Of a DNA stretch of 64,000 nt, positions 56,150-64,000 are shown in pieces; positions within the stretch are counted from its first letter, which is position 1, and each line of letters begins with the position of its first letter. The stretch comes from Octopus vulgaris (Eukaryota): assembly GCA_951406725.2 (NCBI GenBank), contig OX597830.1:49104001-49168000 (forward strand), written 5' to 3'. The notes beneath the pieces are model-generated. The model was given only the letters and a program-made list of their open reading frames with translations. It did not search any database and was not told the origin of the DNA. The translations under genes and the position numbers were made by a program.

Positions 56150-56880
56150 TAGTTTTATTTTTATTTTTATAGCGTGCTTTCACTTCACTACCGAGCGCAG
56201 CTCTGTGTGCCTTGGGTATGTGCTGTGATTTGTTGTGATGCTCTGATGGTTATTGTATGGAAAGTGTTCTGCGTAGGATGTGTGCAGTGCCTAGTAGTGC
56301 AATTTTCTGTATGTTATATGTGTTTGTAAGTCCTGGTGTTTTTGTTATGTATTTGTCTGAATATTTTTTTATCATGCCTAATGCACCTACTATGATAGGA
56401 ATTGTTTCTGTTTTCAGATTCCACATTCTAGTTACCAATTGTTTCTGTTTTCAGATTCCACATTCTAGTTACCAATTGTTTCTGTTTTCAGATTCCACAT
56501 TCTAGTTACCAATTGTTTCTGTTTTCAGATTCCTCATTCTAGTTACCAATTGTTTCTGTTTTCAGATTCCACATTCTAGTTACCAATTGTTTCTGTTTTC
56601 AGATTCCACATTCTAGTTACCAATTGTTTCTGTTTTCAGATTCCACATTCTAGTTACCAATTGTTTCTGTTTTCAGATTCCTCATTCTAGTTACCAATTG
56701 TTTCTGTTTTCAGATTCCACATTCTAGTTACCAATTGTTTCTGTTTTCAGATTCCACATTCTAGTTACCAATTGTTTCTGTTTTCAGATTCCACATTCTA
56801 GTTACCAATTGTTTCTGTTTTCAGATTCCACATTCTAGTTACCAATTGTTTCTGTTTTCAGATTCCACATTCTAGTTACC
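56147..56880 (-). mobile_element. 5'-truncated R4/Dong-clade LINE (REL endonuclease C-terminus + 3' UTR) with amplified 5' end
   Basis: VTRMWNLKTETIPIIVGALGMIKK..IQKIALLGTAHILRRTLSIQ*; (TAA)n on both sides, the known Dong target. Confidence 0.88.
56400..56880. repeat. 13 x 37-bp tandem repeat AATTGTTTCTGTTTTCAGATTCCACATTCTAGTTACC
   Basis: 481 bp = 13 x 37; units 4 and 8 share an A>T variant (TTCCTCATT); no spacers. Confidence 0.97.
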
Positions 56881-56883
56881 ATA

Positions 56884-56937
<54 letters not shown>

Positions 56938-56960
56938 TATTATTATTATTATTATTATTA

Positions 56961-57162
56961 TTTTTTTTTTGTGGTATGATTTCTTGTTTGTATTTGTCAG
57001 CTTCCTTAAATACTGAGAAAAGTTTTTTGTTTTGCTCGTGTTTTGCCGCTATCTGGATCAGTTTTCCTTCCTTCTGAAGTAGATGTTTTTGCAGTCCTAT
57101 GGTGGTTATTTTATAGTAGTTTTCCAGTTGTATAAGGCCTCTACCACCTTCTATACGTTGTA

Positions 57163-57164
<2 letters not shown>
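56961..57164 (-). mobile_element. Internal R4/Dong LINE fragment (post-RT region)
   Basis: IQRIEGGRGLIQLENYYKITTIGLQKHL..; GGRGL motif; ends in A10 then (TAA)n. Confidence 0.8.
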
Positions 57165-57240
<76 letters not shown>

Positions 57241-57266
57241 CATTATTATTATTATTATTATTATTA

Positions 57267-57701
57267 CTTTTTTCTTCTTTCAAATTTTCTTCCATTTCTT
57301 GCCGAGTGTCTTCCCGACTCCTAGGGCAAAGAAACTCATAGTGTATATTGGTAGGCCATTAAACCAAACTCAGTAGTTCGTTCATATTTTTTACTTAAAA
57401 AAATTTTTTTAAAGTTAAATTAAAATACATGAGCAGCAACAGTTCTCACATCGACAATGCTCTTCTCAATATGTGTGATGTACCAGTTAAGACAATCTTT
57501 TGCACTTCTTGCAGGGATGGTAAGCCAGGGATCATTCTCATATAATTTTCGGTTCCCTTCTTGATCATTCCTAGTGCTCCTACGATCACTGGTATTGTAA
57601 CCGCCTTGAGATGCCACATTTTCTCAATTTCAATGAGTAGGTCTTTATATTTTCTGAGCTTGTCAAACTCTTTCGCTGAGATATTATGATCACAGGGGAT
57701 G

Positions 57702-57706
<5 letters not shown>
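57267..57706 (-). mobile_element. 5'-truncated R4/Dong LINE, second subfamily (REL C-terminus + 3' UTR)
   Basis: SIPCDHNISAKEFDKLRKYKDLLIEIEKMWHLKAVTIPVIVGALG..VQKIVLTGTSHILRRALSM*; KxxKY REL motif; (TAA)n flanks. Confidence 0.9.
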
Positions 57707-57761
<55 letters not shown>

Positions 57762-58273
57762 GATAAACTAAACAGAAGATGGATTTTGATATATCTTCCA
57801 ACGTTTTGAAGTACTTCAAATGAGAGGCTGTGATTTGAGGCATCAGGTGAGAAATATATGTTGTACACACACCATTTTAATTTGTTTGAGACATCCGTGC
57901 CTCACAGACGTTTGAGTGGGAAAGCAAGACAACTTTACCATGAGATCTTTCCTTCCTTCCTTTCAGTTCGAAATGCGACACAGTTCGCTATGTGTAATTC
58001 ACCGTTCTACTATGTCAGCCATCGGTTGCTCTTCCGCTAGATCTCATGCATATTGCTTGATTGCATGCAACTGAACCTCTCACGCATGTGGGATATTACA
58101 AGGAACCCAGCATTGTGGAATAGCGTTAGTGTGACATTTGTGGGGGGGGGGGCGGTTCAGGGATTGACCAATCTGGTTCTTGTGGTTTTGTGAGCTGGTA
58201 TGCGTTTCTTTAATTCAATATTTGTCATATATACATACACATACATACATACATACATATATACATACCTACC

Positions 58274-58305
<32 letters not shown>

Positions 58306-58311
58306 TATATG

Positions 58312-58351
<40 letters not shown>

Positions 58352-58354
<3 letters not shown>

Positions 58355-58564
58355 TTATTCTTTCATTTGTTTCGGTCATTTAACTGCGGCCATGCTGGAG
58401 TACCGCATTTAGTCGAGCAAATCGATTCCAGGACTTATTCTTTGTAATCCTAGTACTTATTCTATCGGTATTTTTGTCGAACCGCTAAGTTACGGAAATA
58501 TTTACACACCAGCATCGATTTTCAAACACAGATACACAAACATGCGCACACATACACATACATA

Positions 58565-58596
<32 letters not shown>

Positions 58597-58785
58597 CATA
58601 CATATATATACATATATATATGTACGACGGAATTCTTTCGGTTTCTGTCTACCAAATCCACTCACATGGCTTTCGTCGACCCGAGGCTACAGTAGAAGAC
58701 ACTTGCCCAAGGTGCCCCGCAGAGGCACTGAACACGGAACCACGTGGTTGGCAATCAGGCTACTTACTACCCAGCCACTCCTGCA
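58352..58785 (-). mobile_element. SINE family A
   Basis: Head-to-tail match with expanded internal (TATG)n. Confidence 0.85.
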
Positions 58786-58911
58786 CACACACATTCATAT
58801 ATACATATATATTTGTCTACATACTCAACTTTTACAAACGAACAATAAATCTAGCAATAACAGGCAATAGATAATACGTGGAATGTATTAGTTTGACGCT
58901 CAGTAAAAAGA

Positions 58912-58950
58912 GATTTTAACGTTTCGAGCATAGTTCTTCGTCAGAAAGCA
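58912..58950 (-). ncRNA. Minimal type I hammerhead ribozyme motif (Penelope-like LTR)
   Basis: TTT-CTGACGA-A-GAAC-TAT-GCTC-GAAA-CGTTA-AAA: intact core, stem II with one mismatch, palindromic AACGTT in place of stem III. Confidence 0.65.
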
Positions 58951-58987
58951 GAACGGGAAAAGTCCAAAGGAAGAAAAGAAATTGCCA

Positions 58988-59033
<46 letters not shown>

Positions 59034-59093
59034 TCGCCATGTTGATTCGCTAGCTTCTGCACACATTTTTGTCTCTCCTTGTTTCTTTTCTGT

Positions 59094-59135
59094 GTATCTT
59101 TCTGTTGAAGAGCGTAGGCTCGAAACGTAAAATAC
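59094..59135 (+). ncRNA. Minimal hammerhead-like motif (Penelope-like LTR), core variant CTGTTGA
   Basis: GTATCTTT-CTGTTGA-A-GAGC-GTAG-GCTC-GAAA-CGTA-AAATAC: perfect stem II, palindromic ACGT, stem I GTAT(C)TTT/AAATAC. Confidence 0.6.
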
Positions 59136-59231
59136 TTGTTTTATTTATATTCCTGAGTGCCATACTAATACAATTGTTTGTTTGTATTCCACCTGCCTTC
59201 GTCTTTTGTTTATTTTCATAAAGCTTCCCGT

Positions 59232-59322
<91 letters not shown>

Positions 59323-59359
59323 GTGTGTGTGCGTGTGTCTTTGTGCATGTGCTTACGTG

Positions 59360-59434
<75 letters not shown>

Positions 59435-59963
59435 TTACATATAAGTGTATATATGCATGTGTTTGTGTAGATATTCTGCTATATACTACAAAATGTGTGC
59501 TGTACAAAAGGTAGATCTTATTCTAGGTAAGATATAAAATTATAAACAATTTATTGGTCGTTACGCTTGCTGTTTTATAAATGCACAATCGATCCATTAC
59601 CGAGAAATATTTCAAGAATTCTAACAACGCTGTCATTTTTCTTTGATAGATTTTCTAGAGTGTTATTCTATTTTTTTTTTCGACAGTTATGAAAATTCCC
59701 ATAATTATCATTGCATGTTAGATGTTTGTCATCAAGCTTTTATATCTAAAGTATTCCTGTATTGAGCCGTCTTTGTATTATGTATCATCCTGCCACTTTT
59801 ATATCAAGAAAATTTAATCCCCGTATTTTTAGTTGATCACATTTTGTATGTATGAAATATACAAGTGTTCGATGCTTATTAAATATACATGAAAGCTTGA
59901 CGTCTAATAACTCGTTTATGTGCACACACATACACACACACACATACACACACACACAGACAT

Positions 59964-60009
<46 letters not shown>

Positions 60010-60133
60010 CCTGTATGTATATACACGCACCCAAAAGTCTACCTCTATTCATATGTTATATATCGAGCAACATACTTCCTACGACTAATACATACAGTCG
60101 TGTACAACCGAAGCATAGCATATGTGTGTGTGC

Positions 60134-60300
<167 letters not shown>

Positions 60301-60569
60301 GACAGACAGACAGGCAGATTAATAGATAAATGGTCAATAAAACTATGTAAATATATTGACTGAGGAGGGAAATCTCGTATGCCTTCTTCGAACAGTGGTC
60401 ATTAGGTCGTGAATCTTTCCCTCACATATCTCCTTATCTCTTTCCTTCGCTCATCAATAACAAAGAAAAAAAAACGAAATATGGTTATATTCTTGTTTAA
60501 TCTCCCAGTGTGATTTTATCTTATATGAAATTTTTTTCAGTTTTTCTCATATATATACTTTGATATGCA

Positions 60570-60662
<93 letters not shown>

Positions 60663-60751
60663 GTCTCATCTGCCTGCCTGTCTGTCTGTTTATCTATCTG
60701 TCTATCTGGCCGTCTGTCAGTCTGTCTTTTATCTATCTGTCTGTTTGTTAT

Positions 60752-60820
<69 letters not shown>

Positions 60821-60850
60821 GTCTATCTATCTGTCTGTCTGTCTGTCAGT
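60570..60850. repeat. (TCTA)n/(TCTG)n microsatellite
   Basis: Directly visible. Confidence 0.95.
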
Positions 60851-61589
60851 CGATCGATCTATTCTTCGTCCTTTCGTGAAAATTTACTGATGCTGTTACA
60901 CGATTTAAAATTAGCGAAATGTTAAAATAGAACGGTAAAGTTGCCGGATGTGAAGTAATTCCGTAATGTAATATCGCTATGATATACCATGTTAACAATA
61001 TTCATTCATCATTGCTGACAATTCTATCCTTTAATTGAGCAGAATACGCATCATGCAGTCTCTCCGTTAATAGCTTAGAATTATAGCTTCACTGAGATTT
61101 TCTACTATTTTTAGAGTTAACCTTAATGTACGTATGTGTTATCATACTGAAGATATTGAATAGTATGCTCCTAGAAAATTCCTATCCTTTTAGAAGTAGT
61201 ACAAAGTTCAGTTTTGGAATTTTTTAAGTGACGATGATGCATTAAGAGATTATTACATGATTCTTGTCTGTTCTAGATGTTGTGCGTGGGTTTCTTCAAT
61301 CTCACCAAACAATTACGGTATCCTACTGAAAGAACTGATATAATAAGATCTAGCCAAGGCCGGTAGTTAATATACCCGCTTCAAATGGCGTCTGAACATT
61401 CTAGTCTAATGTTAAGCAATCACCCACGTCAAATTTATACTTTAGTAAAGATAAAGTAGTTTTTTTTCATATCATAGAACAACTTCCATACAAGGTACGG
61501 ACGATTTAGTTGTTTAGTAATTCCTATCAGTTCTACTGGGACTTAATATATATAGCTATATTCTCTCAGCCATTTTGGAATGAATATAT

Positions 61590-61998
<409 letters not shown>

Positions 61999-62011
61999 TT
62001 ATATAATAATC

Positions 62012-62077
<66 letters not shown>

Positions 62078-64000
62078 TGTGTCTGTCCGCTCTTACAGAA
62101 TCTACCACAGCAATTAAGACCAAGAACTCCGAGGAGGAAGAGGAGGAGGAGGTGGAGGAGATGATGATGATGATGATGATTTCAACAGGAAACCTCACAT
62201 TGTAATTTACCTCAGTGGTCATAGTACCGATTCTGTAGTGGTGGTGGTGGCGGTCGTCGTCGTCGTCAGTTCCCCTAAGCTTTTCGCTACACATATTCTA
62301 CCACAGCTTCTAATTTACACAAATGTACAGAGCAACAAAACGATTGGATATTGTTTGATATTTTAAGCCTATTTGTAACATTACTGATTAGGGAGATTTC
62401 TTCCCATATGAAGGTAGCACTATGTAAACGGTTGGTTGCTATTCTTACTGTGTTGTGCAAGTGGTGCGAATGTAAGGTAGAGAATGCAAATGTTACTAAA
62501 CTAACTGCAGCGTATATAACTACATTACTCCGCCTCCACAATACTGAACCATATGTTATGTCATTTCATTTTGCAGTGATTGGGAAAGAATAAAAACCTT
62601 AAGAGGGCAAAACGAACGATTATAAGTCTCTCCGTTTGACAACTTTATCAATTCTAGATGCCGTTTTCTATTACATCCTACAAGAGGATCTCCGTGCAGC
62701 TTTAATACTCGGAATAAAAGCCTGTCTTGATCGCAAGTGTGCATAATATACATATGATTTAATAAAGTGACATTCATAGGAATGTTCCAATGTGCAGGGA
62801 CGTGACAGTGTTTGCTACTCCCACGTATGATAGCATTATATGATTATATTAATACTGACACACAAGACAATGTTCCTTCTGATATTTTGCGTTTTGTGTC
62901 TCAGATAATAAAGTCCTTAAGATACTATTGATCCTTTAAGGAACTGAATCTAGAGATCTATTGATTCTATACTTATATATTCGGCATTTTGAATATCAAG
63001 TCATTCGAAAATATATATGATGTGCATGAATAAATGCAATATTTGTAGATTATTGAATAAAGTAACGTAATTTCAGACAGAAATATATGAATGATTTCAA
63101 AGCTTAACATGAAAAATACATTGAAAACATTCAAACATTGACATAATAAGACGATAAATATAGATAACTACATAGATAGAGATGATAAACACGATAAAAC
63201 TAGACATAGCTGGAATGTACACAATGAGACAATTATGTGGTTAGGAGAAAATATGGATGTGCAGAGATAGCAACAAAATAAAGAAAATGGAAGAAAACAT
63301 TACTAATTTATGCCTATCACTTGAAGTGTAGATATTTTTCGCCACAAGTGGTTAAGTGCTATCATAATTTAAAGTAGTTAAGTATCACCTGTCCAAAGAT
63401 TATGAAGAGCTTGTTTGAACAAACATGTTGTTAACAATGTTCGCAGATGCATTAAGCATACGTATATTCTTATGGTTTTAAAGTCAAATGCATGACTTAA
63501 TGTCGGAAGAAATAGCGTTATACACGTGTCCTTATATTTTGGTTCCATTTGAGTGACACGTGTGGGAGGGTGAGAACGGATAATATGACCGTGAGAAAGA
63601 AAAGAAAATAACATATTTGGTTATCTGGCAGAAAATAGAAACAACGCAAAAACAAGACTTGTAATTTAAAACGATTGAAATGTGAGTTGACAAACGGGCG
63701 ATTCTGTTCTGTGATGCTACTCAATTATGTTGTTGAAAAGAGCGAGGCGAAGGTTTGATACCGTCCTACAAATGCGAGATAGAAAAAAAAAGTTTAGAAA
63801 TAGTGGGTTTTGAGTTTCACTTTATCTATTCATATGGCTAAAAGAATACTGCTCTGTGATTGCTAAATAAAACTGATGAAAAACGGTGAACGTCATCTAT
63901 TGCATGGAGGTCTCACGGATATCTATAAACCTTAGAATAAACCAAACGGTAGCAAAAACGGAATGAAGATATAACCATACGAAAAGAAACGTTATATATA

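Larger units (their letters stand above)
55717..57762. repeat. Interrupted (TAA)n/(TTA)n microsatellite cluster
   Basis: Runs at ~55717-55858 (TAA), 55931-56146, 56885-56960, 57165-57266, 57707-57762 (TTA). Confidence 0.97.
58870..59233. mobile_element. Divergent pair of Penelope-like terminal repeats around (TA)n
   Basis: Both arms share hammerhead + ctgag(c/t)g(t/c)ca(a/t)actaatac..ttccac; separated by (TA)n at 58993-59031. Confidence 0.65.

Noticed and set aside
56400-56880. CRISPR array (37-bp repeats)
   Set aside because: Units are contiguous with no spacers, derive from LINE coding sequence, and the context is eukaryotic with no cas genes.

Overview
AT-rich, microsatellite-dense eukaryotic non-coding DNA (intergenic or deep intronic). 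The SINE families and repeat load most resemble an octopus (coleoid cephalopod) genome; this comes from my recognition of the families, not a search. I found no intact host protein-coding gene; almost all listed ORFs are translated microsatellites or SINEs. The window is a mosaic of three tRNA-derived SINE families (one forming recurrent dimers/trimers), R4/Dong-clade LINE fragments in (TAA)n arrays, RTE and L1/Tx1 LINE fragments, Penelope-like ends with minimal hammerhead ribozyme motifs, non-autonomous Helitrons, DD34D mariner and DD37D maT remnants, and a Buster/Charlie hAT remnant. Most notable: (1) an exact 13 x 37-bp array at the 5' truncation point of a Dong/R4 copy, inside a (TAA)n array holding non-collinear LINE pieces; (2) back-to-back hammerhead motifs at 58.9-59.1 kb; (3) a maT transposon split by a copy of its own terminus plus flank; (4) SINE multimers with identical junctions at separate loci. 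Coordinates were counted by hand and may be off by a few bases.
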